This document shows positions 20,821-31,037 of a stretch of 64,000 bases of DNA, piece after piece. Numbering within the stretch: the first letter of the stretch is position 1; every line of letters begins with the position of its first letter. The DNA is taken from the NCBI GenBank assembly GCA_000989765.1, contig LBOW01000001.1, forward strand, positions 118,538 to 182,537, in the 5' to 3' direction. The position numbers and the translations under genes are program-made. Source of the DNA: Candidatus Woesebacteria bacterium GW2011_GWB1_33_22 (GTDB lineage: Bacteria; Patescibacteriota; Microgenomatia; UBA8517). The notes beneath the pieces were generated by a model. The model was not told the origin of the DNA. It did not search any database and was given only the letters and a program-made list of their open reading frames with translations.

Positions 20821-22560
20821 CTATTTTACAGTTACGCTTTTGGCGATATTTCTAGGTTTGTCAATATCGTTTCCCTTAAAAAGGGCAATATAATATGCAA
20901 GAAGTTGTAATGACACTATATTTGATATTGCAGAAGTTTCTGATTTTTCCTTGTCTTCTAATAAATAAACATCCGCTCTCCTGGCCTTAACTTCATTCAT
21001 AGCATTTATAACATCATCTCTTACTTCATCATTTGATATTACAAATATTACAGGAACCCCCTTTTCCATTAATGTAATTGCATAATGTTTTAAATCTCCA
21101 GCAGAAATACCATGGGCGTGAATATAACTACCTTCGATTATTTTTACCATTCCCTCTTTAATAATTTGTAAATTTTGACCCTTTCCTAAAATAAAGATAT
21201 CTTTTTGCCTTGATAATATTCTGGCCAAATTTTTAAGCCTATTTATATTAGTTTTTGAATTTAATAATTTATTTATTTTTTGAGATAATTTGATTAAATT
21301 ATTAATTCCCTTTTTATATTTACCTTCAACTATTTTGGCAAGTAAATAACCCCATGAAATTTGAGAAACAAAGACCTTTGTTGACATTACACATATCTCA
21401 GGCCCAGCATTAGCCATAAATTTAAAGTCAGAAAGTCTTGACATCAAGCTTCCTTGCATGTTTACATATGATGCAAATTTAACTTTCTTTAGTTTTTTTA
21501 CCTTTTCAACAAATTCTAAAACATCCGCGGTTTCACCACTTTGAGAAGGGGCGATTACTAAGTCGTTTTTATTAATTAAATCAACATATTCGCTTGCTTC
21601 TGCGCCAATTAAAGAAATTGCATTAATTTTTCCAAAAGTTCTTAAGTAAAATGCAATCTGTGCTGCTGCAGCACCGGCTGTTCCAGAACCAATACAATAG
21701 ACGTTTTTTGATTTTTTAATTTGTGTTGCTAACTTTTTTAAACTTGTAAAATCCTGTTTTATTACCGCTCTTATGACATTAGGTTGTTCATAAATTTCTT
21801 TGATCATGAAATGTTTATATTTTCCTTTGGCGACTTTTTGTTTTTGGATTTTGTTTTTTTCATCTTTTAAATCTATATTTTTACCTGTAACTACATCCTT
21901 AAGAGTTATTTTGCCTTCTGAATAAATTGCCATATTACCATTCTCTAATGTAAGTGTTTGATCAACATATGGGGCAAACGAGAGTGTGTCCGAAGAAAAA
22001 TATATTTCAGTTTTGTCTTTTGAAAAGCCTAACACTAAAGGTGAGCCGTTTCTAACTCCAACAACTTGACCATCCTTTGTCAAAATTATTATCGTATTTC
22101 TACCCCTTAATTTATTAAATGCCTTTCTTATTGCTTCAATAATATTCTTTGCCTTTATGCTTTCCTCTTCAATTAGGCGAACAATGACTTCTGTGTCAGT
22201 TTGAGAAATAAATTTATAGTATTTTTTAAACAAGTTTACCTTTATCTCTTCGTGGTTTTCCATTATTCCGTTTTGAGCTAAAATAAAACTTTTGTCTGAA
22301 GAAAAATGTGGATGGGCGTTTAAATCAGTTACAGCTCCATGCGTAGCCCATCTAGTGTGGCCGATTGCAATACTACTTTTAGGAAGTTTAAGTAAAGCCT
22401 TATTTACTTTTCCTACATGTTTGTTCAAAAGAATTTTATGATCATTGATAACAGCAATTCCCCAGCTGTCATAACCTCGATAATCAAGCCTTTTTAAACC
22501 GTCAAAAACTGCACTTGTTGCGTTTCTTTTTTTACCTATGTATGCATATATTCCACACAT
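20821..22560 (-). CDS. glmS: glutamine-fructose-6-phosphate aminotransferase
   Basis: True start MCGI at 22560; YRGYDSWG, GHTRWATHG, SQSGETAD, PRNIAKSVTV. Confidence 0.95.
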   Translation of the reverse strand: MCGIYAYIGKKRNATSAVFDGLKRLDYRGYDSWGIAVINDHKILLNKHVGKVNKALLKLPKSSIAIGHTRWATHGAVTDLNAHPHFSSDKSFILAQNGIMENHEEIKVNLFKKYYKFISQTDTEVIVRLIEEESIKAKNIIEAIRKAFNKLRGRNTIIILTKDGQVVGVRNGSPLVLGFSKDKTEIYFSSDTLSFAPYVDQTLTLENGNMAIYSEGKITLKDVVTGKNIDLKDEKNKIQKQKVAKGKYKHFMIKEIYEQPNVIRAVIKQDFTSLKKLATQIKKSKNVYCIGSGTAGAAAAQIAFYLRTFGKINAISLIGAEASEYVDLINKNDLVIAPSQSGETADVLEFVEKVKKLKKVKFASYVNMQGSLMSRLSDFKFMANAGPEICVMSTKVFVSQISWGYLLAKIVEGKYKKGINNLIKLSQKINKLLNSKTNINRLKNLARILSRQKDIFILGKGQNLQIIKEGMVKIIEGSYIHAHGISAGDLKHYAITLMEKGVPVIFVISNDEVRDDVINAMNEVKARRADVYLLEDKEKSETSAISNIVSLQLLAYYIALFKGNDIDKPRNIAKSVTVK

Positions 22561-22591
22561 TTTGCTCTCATGAAGTATAATATAAAAGTAT

Positions 22592-23767
22592 ATGAAAAGC
22601 ATTCACTTAATGGGGATTTTAGGTAGTGGAATGTCTGGAATTGCTTCACTGGCATCTCAAATGGGCTACCAGGTCTCAGGTTGTGATTTAAAACTTGAAG
22701 GTCACAACAGTGAACACTTGAAAGACATTGATTTATTAGTCGTCTCTCCTGCAATTTTGTATCAGGAAAAAGAAGATCCAGAACTTATCTTAGGAAAGAA
22801 TAAAAACATTGTCACAACTTGGCAAGAATTTTTAGGGAAATATCTAATGAAAGATAAAAAAGTTATTGCAATAGCAGGAACACATGGTAAATCAACCACT
22901 ACTGCAATGGTAGCTAAAATTTTAATTGATAATGGATTTGATCCAAGTGTTGTAATTGGTGCATATGTTTTTGAGTGGAAAGGAAATTCAAGGTATGGTA
23001 AAGATAAATATTTTATAGTTGAAGCAGATGAATTCAACGATAATTTTTTAAACTACTATCCAAATATTGCTGTTATCAATAACATAGAATTTGACCACCC
23101 TGATTATTTCAAAGATGAAAAACAGGTATTTGAAAGTTTTGAAAAATTTAAAAAGAATTTAGTAGGGGAAAAAATTTTAATTACTGAAAAAGATAGTCTT
23201 AATAAACGTTTTAATTTGAAAGTTTTTGGCGAACATAATCAAAAGAATGCCAACATGGCCTACTTAGTAGGAAGACAATTAAAAATTAAAAAAGAAGAAA
23301 TAATAAAATCTTTAGAAAATTTTACTGGAATCGGTAGAAGGATGGAATTAATAGGAAAAGTAGGTAAAACTTTAGTTTTTGATGATTACGCGCATCACCC
23401 TACAGCCATAAGGGCAACTCTGGCGGGTGTTAGACAGAGATTTTCTAATAGAATCTGGGCAATTATTGAAGCCCATGGATTTAATAGAACTAATGCCTTA
23501 CTTAAACTATATAAAGGTGTATTTAGTAATGCAGACAAAGTAATTGTTGGTCCAATTTATAAAGCTAGAGATAAAAACACCTTTGAAATGACTCCTGAAA
23601 AAATTGCGATAGCTTCAGGGCATAAAGATATAAAAGCTTGTAATACAATTGAAGAAATTATAAATACCTTAAAAAATGAAGTTAAACAAAAAGATATAAT
23701 CGTGGTTATGGGTGCGGGAAATAGTAACTTATGGGCAAAACAAATACTAAAAGCTTTAAAGAATTAA
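22592..23767 (+). CDS. murC: UDP-MurNAc-L-alanine ligase
   Basis: GILGSGMS, AGTHGKSTT, EADE, DDYAHHPT. Confidence 0.95.
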   Translation: MKSIHLMGILGSGMSGIASLASQMGYQVSGCDLKLEGHNSEHLKDIDLLVVSPAILYQEKEDPELILGKNKNIVTTWQEFLGKYLMKDKKVIAIAGTHGKSTTTAMVAKILIDNGFDPSVVIGAYVFEWKGNSRYGKDKYFIVEADEFNDNFLNYYPNIAVINNIEFDHPDYFKDEKQVFESFEKFKKNLVGEKILITEKDSLNKRFNLKVFGEHNQKNANMAYLVGRQLKIKKEEIIKSLENFTGIGRRMELIGKVGKTLVFDDYAHHPTAIRATLAGVRQRFSNRIWAIIEAHGFNRTNALLKLYKGVFSNADKVIVGPIYKARDKNTFEMTPEKIAIASGHKDIKACNTIEEIINTLKNEVKQKDIIVVMGAGNSNLWAKQILKALKN

Positions 23768-24693
23768 CAACTCTAAAAGTTGGTGGAGAAATAAAATACT
23801 TTTTTGAAGTAAAGAATCAAAAAGAATTGGTTGACAAAGTTTCTTTTGCAAAAAATAAAAGTCTCACCATTTTTATAATAGGTGGTGGAAGTGATATTGC
23901 TGTATCTGACAAAAATTTCGAAGGAGTAGTTATTAAATATGTAGGTAGTAGTGTACAGGTAATAGGTAATTTGGTTAAGGTTGAGGCGGGAATGAATTGG
24001 GATAAATTAGTAGAAGAAACAGTTAATAGAAATTTACAGGGGATAGAGTGCTTGTCAGGAATTCCCGGTAGCGTTGGGGCGTCGCCCATACAAAACATAG
24101 GTGCATATGGACAAGAATTATCAGAAACTTTTATAGAATTAAAAGCATACGATATATCAAATCAAAAGTTTGTAATATTTAAGAACGAGGATTGTAAATT
24201 TAGTTATAGAGAAAGTATTTTTAAAAGAAAAGATTATTGGCAGAAATTTATAATAGTAGATATTACACTTAAGCTAAAAAAATATACTGATAATAATCTA
24301 GAATTACAAACAATTAGGGATGAAATATTAAGAATAAGGGGAGAAAAATTGGTAAATCCTGATGAAATTCCAAATGCCGGGTCATTTTTTAAAAACCCAA
24401 TAATAAACAAGAGTAAAAAAGATACCCTACTTATAAAGTATCCCGAAATGGTAATATTTCCCTTCAACAATGAGTACAAAATTTCAGCTGGTTGGCTGAT
24501 AGAAAAAACGGGTTGGAAAGGAAAAAGTTTAGGGCCAGTTAAAGTTTCAGATAAACACTCTTTAGTATTAACAAATCCAGAAGGAAAGGGAACTTTTTCT
24601 GACATTAAAAGTCTGGCTGATACAATAATTGCTGATGTAGATAATAAATTTGGAATTAAACTTGAGCCAGAAGTACAATATATAAATTTATGA
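23731..24693 (+). CDS. murB: UDP-N-acetylenolpyruvoylglucosamine reductase
   Basis: GIPGSVGASPIQNIGAYG, FSYRES, NAGSFFKNP, LEPEV. Confidence 0.95.
   Translation: MGKTNTKSFKELTTLKVGGEIKYFFEVKNQKELVDKVSFAKNKSLTIFIIGGGSDIAVSDKNFEGVVIKYVGSSVQVIGNLVKVEAGMNWDKLVEETVNRNLQGIECLSGIPGSVGASPIQNIGAYGQELSETFIELKAYDISNQKFVIFKNEDCKFSYRESIFKRKDYWQKFIIVDITLKLKKYTDNNLELQTIRDEILRIRGEKLVNPDEIPNAGSFFKNPIINKSKKDTLLIKYPEMVIFPFNNEYKISAGWLIEKTGWKGKSLGPVKVSDKHSLVLTNPEGKGTFSDIKSLADTIIADVDNKFGIKLEPEVQYINL
23943..23970 (+). repeat. 7-bp tandem array (AGGTRAT family) in murB
   Basis: AGGTAGT AGTGTAC AGGTAAT AGGTAAT. Confidence 0.5.
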
Positions 24694-27146
24694 ATTATAA
24701 AGATTTAAGAAAAAAATATCCAGAATTTACTTATGATAGTTATTCTTGGAGATTAGATGGTAATAATTTAAATTTAAATTTTATTTATAAAGTAGGAGAA
24801 TTTGAATTTAAACATGAAATAATAATTGAGAATTTAGATAAATACTCAATTAACAAAGTTAATGAACAGATAGATACCCTTGTCTTCAATATCGGAATGG
24901 TTGAGATTTTTAATTACTGGAAAACCTTTTGTTCTCCAAAAATAGTTATCAAAGCTGGTTTCTTGAACGAGCATCAGATTAATTGGTGGAAGAAATTGTT
25001 AATAAAGGGTATGGGGCAGTATTTTTATGAAAATAAAATTGATTTCACAACAAAAAATTTTGTCGATTTTACGACTACAGGACAACCTTTAAAGGTTGAA
25101 CCTTTAAAGGTATTGGGGGAAGAAGTTTTGATACCTATTGGCGGGGGAAAAGATTCTGCTGTTACTTTAGAATTGGTTACTAAAAATTTTGAAAACAGTT
25201 TAGGTTTAATAGTAAACAAAATCAAAGCAAGAGTTGATTCTGCATCTGTTGCGGGTATTAAAACAATGGTTGTCAAAAGAACTTTAGACAAAGCAATGAT
25301 AGATTTAAACAAAAATGGCCTGTCTGCCGGCAGGCAGGGATATTTAAATGGACATGTACCGTTTACAACAGTTTTATCATTTATCTCTATTTTGGTGGCT
25401 TTTTTGAATAACAAAAAATATATAGCTTTTTCAAATGAACAAAGTTCCAATGAGGGAAATGTGACATTTAAAGGGTTATCTGTTAACCATCAATACAGTA
25501 AATCTTTTGAGTTAGAAAATGATTTTAGAGAATATAATTTTAAATATTTGACTGATATAGAATATTTTAGTTTCTTAAGGCCAATTTATGATATTCAGAT
25601 AGCTAAAGTTTTTTCTCAATATTCTAAATATTTTTACAAAATAGTAAGTTGCAATATAGGAAGAAATAATAATATTTGGTGTGGTAAGTGTCCGAAATGT
25701 TTGTCGACATTTATTTTATTTAAACCTTTTTTAAAAAATGAAACTATAACAATATTTGGGAAGGATTTATTGGCTGATAAATCACTTAAACCTGTTTTGG
25801 ATGCACTAACAAATGACAATTTAGTTAAACCGATGGAGTGTGTGGGAACAAAACATGAATTAAGAGTGGCCTTGGGTGTAGAAAACGATGACAATTTAAT
25901 AAATTTTTGGGGAGAAAACAATCTACCTGCAATTTTTAAAATTATTCTTTATTTTAACTTAAATTTCAAAGATAAAAAAATTCTAATTTTAGGGTATGGA
26001 CGTGAAGGTAAAAGTACAGAAAAGTTGATTAAAAAATATTTACCTAAACAAAAAGTTGACATAGCCGACCAAAAATTGAGTAAAGATTATTTAAAAGATT
26101 TAAATAATTATGATTTTGTTTTTAAATCACCAGGAATACCAAATAAATTAAGAGAAATTCAAAATGCTAAGAAAATGGGTACTGTTTTTGCGTCCCAGAC
26201 TAAAATATTCTTAAAATTATATCGAGATAATGTTATAGGAGTAACAGGAACAAAAGGTAAAAGTACAACAAGTTCACTAATTTATTATATATTAAAATCT
26301 GCGGGCATAAATACGACATTGGTAGGTAATATTGGCAAACCTGTTTTTGACTATTTAGATAATGATGACAAAGATAAGATTTTTGTTGCAGAGCTTTCGT
26401 CTCATCAATTAAGTGATGTTCAGGATAGTCCACATATTGCAGTTCTATTAAACATCTTTCCTGAACACCTCGATTACTATGAAGATTTTAATGATTATAA
26501 GAAATCAAAAGAGAATATATTTAAGTTTCAAAAATCAACAGATATTTATATTTCCTGTGAAGATATAAATAATTTTGAGTTACCTAAAATTAAAACAAAT
26601 TTAATAGGTCAACATAATTTAAGTAACATTAAAGCTGCTTTTCTAGTCGCATTAAAACTTGGAATTGACAAAAAAGACATTATTAAAGCACTTTCCACAT
26701 TTGAATCTCTTGAAGATAGGTTGGAAACAATAAGAGAAATAAATGGTATAAAGTTTATAGTTGATGGTTTAGCAACAATCCCTGAGGCATCTCTTGCTGG
26801 TATTGATAGTTTTGAAAACAAAAATATAACCCTAATTTTGGGAGGATTTGATAGAGGTGTAAGTTTTGCTTCTTTTGGAAAAGAGTTAATTAAAAGAAAA
26901 AACATTAAAAACATAATTCTTATTGGTCAAACTGCTGATAAAATTGAAAAATCTTTAAAAAATTCAAAAGCTAATGTTTATAATTTAGGTTTTGTTTCCA
27001 TGAATAAGATTATTCAAAAAGCATTTGAAATTTCAAAAAAAGATTATATAGTTTTATTTTCTCCTGCCGCAACGAGCTTTGACATGTTTAAAGATTATGA
27101 AGAAAGAGACAATCAATTTAAGGAGGCAGTGAAAGCTCTAAAATGA
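24690..27146 (+). CDS. murD: MurL-like epimerase fused to MurD ligase
   Basis: N half: GGGKDS, NGHVP, NHQYSKS, SCN..WCGKCPKC; C half from ~25960: LGYGREG, KSPGI, GTKGKSTT, GNIG, ELSS, SPAATSFDMF. Confidence 0.8.
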   Translation: MNYKDLRKKYPEFTYDSYSWRLDGNNLNLNFIYKVGEFEFKHEIIIENLDKYSINKVNEQIDTLVFNIGMVEIFNYWKTFCSPKIVIKAGFLNEHQINWWKKLLIKGMGQYFYENKIDFTTKNFVDFTTTGQPLKVEPLKVLGEEVLIPIGGGKDSAVTLELVTKNFENSLGLIVNKIKARVDSASVAGIKTMVVKRTLDKAMIDLNKNGLSAGRQGYLNGHVPFTTVLSFISILVAFLNNKKYIAFSNEQSSNEGNVTFKGLSVNHQYSKSFELENDFREYNFKYLTDIEYFSFLRPIYDIQIAKVFSQYSKYFYKIVSCNIGRNNNIWCGKCPKCLSTFILFKPFLKNETITIFGKDLLADKSLKPVLDALTNDNLVKPMECVGTKHELRVALGVENDDNLINFWGENNLPAIFKIILYFNLNFKDKKILILGYGREGKSTEKLIKKYLPKQKVDIADQKLSKDYLKDLNNYDFVFKSPGIPNKLREIQNAKKMGTVFASQTKIFLKLYRDNVIGVTGTKGKSTTSSLIYYILKSAGINTTLVGNIGKPVFDYLDNDDKDKIFVAELSSHQLSDVQDSPHIAVLLNIFPEHLDYYEDFNDYKKSKENIFKFQKSTDIYISCEDINNFELPKIKTNLIGQHNLSNIKAAFLVALKLGIDKKDIIKALSTFESLEDRLETIREINGIKFIVDGLATIPEASLAGIDSFENKNITLILGGFDRGVSFASFGKELIKRKNIKNIILIGQTADKIEKSLKNSKANVYNLGFVSMNKIIQKAFEISKKDYIVLFSPAATSFDMFKDYEERDNQFKEAVKALK
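25083..25111. repeat. REP-like palindrome copy (opposite orientation, PLKVEPLKV)
   Basis: ACCTTTAAAGGTT-G-AACCTTTAAAGGT. Confidence 0.85.
25319..25338. repeat. CCTGCC-family palindrome in frame (LSAGRQG)
   Basis: CCTGTCTGCCGGCAGGCAGG, one mismatch from a perfect palindrome. Confidence 0.8.
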
Positions 27147-27802
27147 TAAAAGTTGAGGGTGGTGTACCCTTTTTTAAATTTAATCAATTAGAAAATTCAG
27201 GTGTAATCAATTTTGTATCTACAAGAATTGGTGGAGTAAGTCAGGATTCTAGAGACGCATTGAATTTATCATTTGATAATGAAAGTGTCGGCCAAGGTTT
27301 ATTTTTGCATGAAAGTGAGATAGATGGTGTTGATGGTATGATTACAACGCTTCCAAATATTTGTTTATGTGTAGTATCAGCAGATTGTTTACCAATTGTT
27401 TTTTTTGAATCAGAAAAAAGAATAATATCAATATTACATTCAGGTTGGCGCGGATTATCAAGTGGAATTATTGAAAAAATGGTATCCAGTATAACTGAAA
27501 TTGGTGGTAATCCAAAAAAAATTAAAGTCTGTATAGGTCCATTTATAGACGCAAAAAACTACGAAGTTGAAGATGTGTATCATCTTTTTAGTGACATACC
27601 TAAAGCATTATTTCCAAAATCGCAATCGAAAAAATATTTAGACTTAGGAGTTGTGGCAACATCTAAATTAACAGAAATGAAAATTGTTAGAGAAAATATC
27701 GAGATGTCAGGTTATTCGACATATTCAGATGCACATTTATTTTTTTCGTATCGAAGAAACAAGCCGACTGGAGCAATAATGACTGGAGTGATGTTAAAAT
27801 AA
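27143..27802 (+). CDS. pgeF: PgeF/YfiH family protein, apparently internally deleted
   Basis: STRIGGVS, ADCLP, HSGWRG, IGP.I, FFSYRR; QxH segment missing. Confidence 0.75.
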   Translation: MIKVEGGVPFFKFNQLENSGVINFVSTRIGGVSQDSRDALNLSFDNESVGQGLFLHESEIDGVDGMITTLPNICLCVVSADCLPIVFFESEKRIISILHSGWRGLSSGIIEKMVSSITEIGGNPKKIKVCIGPFIDAKNYEVEDVYHLFSDIPKALFPKSQSKKYLDLGVVATSKLTEMKIVRENIEMSGYSTYSDAHLFFSYRRNKPTGAIMTGVMLK

Positions 27803-27805
27803 AGC

Positions 27806-28873
27806 ATGAAAAGGTTATTACAAATCTGGGTGGGTAAAGATCTACCTTTGGTACATGTAAAATTAAACAACGGTTTAAAAAAACTTTTTTATGATTTAGT
27901 ACTTCATCCAGTAAAAAGAAGAGTAGCCAAGATTTATGTGAAGTTTTTACAAAAGTTTTTTAAACTCACTGTTGTTGGTATAACTGGGAGTGCTGGTAAA
28001 ACAACTACTAAGGAAATGATTGTTAACATTTTAAAAAGAGTAGACAATACCGTGTGGAGTAAGGACAATATTGATCCTATATTTAATATTCCCACGACAA
28101 TATTAAAATGTACACCTAAAACAAAATATCTTGTACTTGAAATGGGCGTCGAATATCCAAATGAGATGGATTTTTACCTTTGGTTGGTTCGACCGTCAAT
28201 TGGTGTGATTACTAACATTTTTTCCACACATACTTTGTTTTTTGGAAATGAAAAGGGAGTTTTTAAAGAAAAAAGTAAACTAGTAAAAAGTACGAACATT
28301 GCCATTTTAAACTCAGATGACAAGTATCTCTATTCTTTAAAAGATAAGATTAAAGCAAATATTTGTTGGTTTAAAAAAGATGAAGACCCAATTTTGCAAA
28401 ATAAAAATACTGCAAGAGCAGTTTGCGAGGTATTGGGTATTGAAAAGACGTTAATTGAAGAGGGACTAAGTGATTATGAAAATCCCAAACATAGGCTATC
28501 TATGATTAAACATAAATCTGGGGCATATATTTTTGATGATACTTACAATAGTAATCCAGAAGCTTTTAGAAATAGCCTTTCATATTTTGTAAAACTGGCG
28601 GGGAAAAATAATAAAATTGCAGTTGTTGGGGATATGTTAGAACTTGGGGAGAGAGAGGTTGAAGAACACAAAAAAATCGCCAAAGAACTTAAAAATAATA
28701 ACTTTAAAAAAGTTTTTGGGGTTGGTAAATTAGTTAAATATATCACAAACGATGTTTACAATGATCCTTTGTCGGTTATGCCAAACTTGAAAAAATATCT
28801 TAAAAAGGAAAATTATATTTTTATTAAAGGATCTAGATCAATTGGTTTAGACAAACTTGTTGATAGGTTGTAA
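27806..28873 (+). CDS. murF: MurF-type ligase
   Basis: GITGSAGKTTTKE, LEMG, DDTYNSNP, GDMLELG, KGSR. Confidence 0.9.
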   Translation: MKRLLQIWVGKDLPLVHVKLNNGLKKLFYDLVLHPVKRRVAKIYVKFLQKFFKLTVVGITGSAGKTTTKEMIVNILKRVDNTVWSKDNIDPIFNIPTTILKCTPKTKYLVLEMGVEYPNEMDFYLWLVRPSIGVITNIFSTHTLFFGNEKGVFKEKSKLVKSTNIAILNSDDKYLYSLKDKIKANICWFKKDEDPILQNKNTARAVCEVLGIEKTLIEEGLSDYENPKHRLSMIKHKSGAYIFDDTYNSNPEAFRNSLSYFVKLAGKNNKIAVVGDMLELGEREVEEHKKIAKELKNNNFKKVFGVGKLVKYITNDVYNDPLSVMPNLKKYLKKENYIFIKGSRSIGLDKLVDRL

Positions 28874-28884
28874 TATTTATAAAC

Positions 28885-29934
28885 ATGCAACAATTCTTGC
28901 CATTAGCATTGGGACTAGTAATGTTTTCATTTTTAATAACAGGTATTTTAGTTGTTCCGTTTATTGATTTTTTATATAAAATCAAATTCACAAGACGTGT
29001 TGAGGCACCTAAAATAGGTAAGGTTCCACTATTTGATAAATTACATGATAAAAAGGCAGGTACTCCAGTCGGAGGTGGTGTTTTAATTATTGCAGTTGTA
29101 TGCTTATTATTTGCCTTTACATTTCCAGTAAGTAGATACTTAGGTGTTTTTATTCAGACTGCTTATTCTTTAAGAGTTGAATTGTTTGTTATATTTTTTA
29201 CATTTATTTCATTTGGACTTTTAGGACTTTTGGATGATTATAAAAAGATGTTGGGTAAGCCAACTCGTGGAGTACTTGGTCTCGCCTTTGGGCTATCCAG
29301 GAGAATTAAATTTATTTTGCAATGGACCCTTGCTTTGATTATATCATTAATAATTTATTTTTCTTTAGGTATTCAAATTTTGCACATCCCAATTCTGGGG
29401 ATAACTCTTCATCTTGGGCTTTGGTATATACCTTTCTCTGCTTTTGTTATAGTTTCGTTTACCAATGCATTTAACATTACTGATGGACTAGACGGTTTAG
29501 CCTCCGGACTTCTAATGATCTGCTTAATTGTTTTTGGCGTAATTGCTGCAAATAATATTGATACACCGCTCTCACTTTTTATAGCCCTGTGGATAGGTGC
29601 ATTAATTGCTTTTTTATACTTTAATACATGGCCTGCTAGAATTTGGCTTGGGGACACTGGAGCACTCTCATTTGGTGCAACACTGGCTGTTATTGGACTA
29701 TTAACAGGTAATTTAATTGCCTTACTTATTATTGGTGGAATTTTTGTAATTGAGATTGCCTCGTCAGTTATTCAAATTTTAGGCTGGAAAATTTTAAAGA
29801 GACCCATTTTTAAACTTGCACCACTGCACCACGCGTTTTTAGCAATTGGTTGGGAGGAACCTAAAATTGTTATGCGTGCCTGGCTTGCAGGAATAATACT
29901 TGCCATCTTTGGTTTGTGGTTGGCCACAATATGA
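28885..29934 (+). CDS. mraY: phospho-MurNAc-pentapeptide transferase
   Basis: KAGTPVGGG, DDY, NAFNITDGLDGL, GDTG, APLHH. Confidence 0.95.
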   Translation: MQQFLPLALGLVMFSFLITGILVVPFIDFLYKIKFTRRVEAPKIGKVPLFDKLHDKKAGTPVGGGVLIIAVVCLLFAFTFPVSRYLGVFIQTAYSLRVELFVIFFTFISFGLLGLLDDYKKMLGKPTRGVLGLAFGLSRRIKFILQWTLALIISLIIYFSLGIQILHIPILGITLHLGLWYIPFSAFVIVSFTNAFNITDGLDGLASGLLMICLIVFGVIAANNIDTPLSLFIALWIGALIAFLYFNTWPARIWLGDTGALSFGATLAVIGLLTGNLIALLIIGGIFVIEIASSVIQILGWKILKRPIFKLAPLHHAFLAIGWEEPKIVMRAWLAGIILAIFGLWLATI

Positions 29935-31037
29935 AAAGACCGTTTGATAAACAATTTTTCTATTTAATTTTAATTCTTGTAGCTGTTGGGCTTATTTTTG
30001 TCGCAGATATTTCCGCCCCACAGGCACTAAATTTTTTTAATGATAAATTTCATTTTTTAAAATCTCAAATAATATCTGCAGTCATTGGAATTGTCATAAT
30101 GTATATTATTTCGTTTGTAAATTATTCACTTTACAAAAAAATAGCTACACCATTATTTATTTTTTCTTGTTTACTTTTACTTTTAGTTTTTATACCAGGT
30201 TTAAGTTACGAAGCTTTAGGGGCAAGACGTTGGATTAACATAGTGGGATTTAACTTTCAACCGTCTGAAGTGGTTAAATTAACCCTTGCAATCTATTTAG
30301 CAAAACTAGCTGAAATCGGTAAAAAACCAATTGCTTATTTTGCACCTTTTGTTTTGGTTGCAGGACTTATTATGTTGCAACCTGATTTGGGAACAACTTT
30401 AGTTATCTCGATAATTGCCTTAGCTCAAATTTTTGTTTCGGGAATTCCCTTTCTTTATTTCTTTATTTCTTTATTGGTGGGATTATTAGGAGTTATTGGT
30501 TTAATATTGATTTCTCCATACCGGCGGGATAGATTATTGACATTTTTTGAAAATACTGTTGATCCATTAGGAAAAGGTTATCATATTAGGCAGATTCTAC
30601 TGGCTTTGGGGTCAGGCGGTTTTTTTGGTGTAGGCTTAGGCCAGTCTAGGCAAAAGTATTTATTTTTACCTGAAGCTTCAACCGATTCAATTTTTGCAGC
30701 CATTGCTGAAGAATTAGGCTTTTTAGGATCGTTTGTTTTAATTATTATTTTTGCATTTTTTGTATATAAAGCTTTTATGATTGCAAGATATGCACCTGAC
30801 ACTTTTTCAAAAATACTTGCTGTGGGTATATCATCTTGGATCAGTGGCCAAATAATAATTAACATTTCTTCAATGACGGCATTAACACCTCTAACAGGCA
30901 TTCCACTTCCATTCTTTTCATATGGTGGCACTTCCCTGGTGATGGTTCTTGTTGGTTGCGGTATACTACTTAATATAAATCGATATGGAACAAAAAAGGT
31001 TGTTGATCACAGGAAGTCACGCCGGCACTACCGCTGA
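29931..31037 (+). CDS. ftsW: SEDS protein FtsW
   Basis: GARRWI, QPSE, QPDLGT, LPEASTD; ATG 29931 overlaps mraY stop. Confidence 0.9.
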   Translation: MKRPFDKQFFYLILILVAVGLIFVADISAPQALNFFNDKFHFLKSQIISAVIGIVIMYIISFVNYSLYKKIATPLFIFSCLLLLLVFIPGLSYEALGARRWINIVGFNFQPSEVVKLTLAIYLAKLAEIGKKPIAYFAPFVLVAGLIMLQPDLGTTLVISIIALAQIFVSGIPFLYFFISLLVGLLGVIGLILISPYRRDRLLTFFENTVDPLGKGYHIRQILLALGSGGFFGVGLGQSRQKYLFLPEASTDSIFAAIAEELGFLGSFVLIIIFAFFVYKAFMIARYAPDTFSKILAVGISSWISGQIIINISSMTALTPLTGIPLPFFSYGGTSLVMVLVGCGILLNINRYGTKKVVDHRKSRRHYR

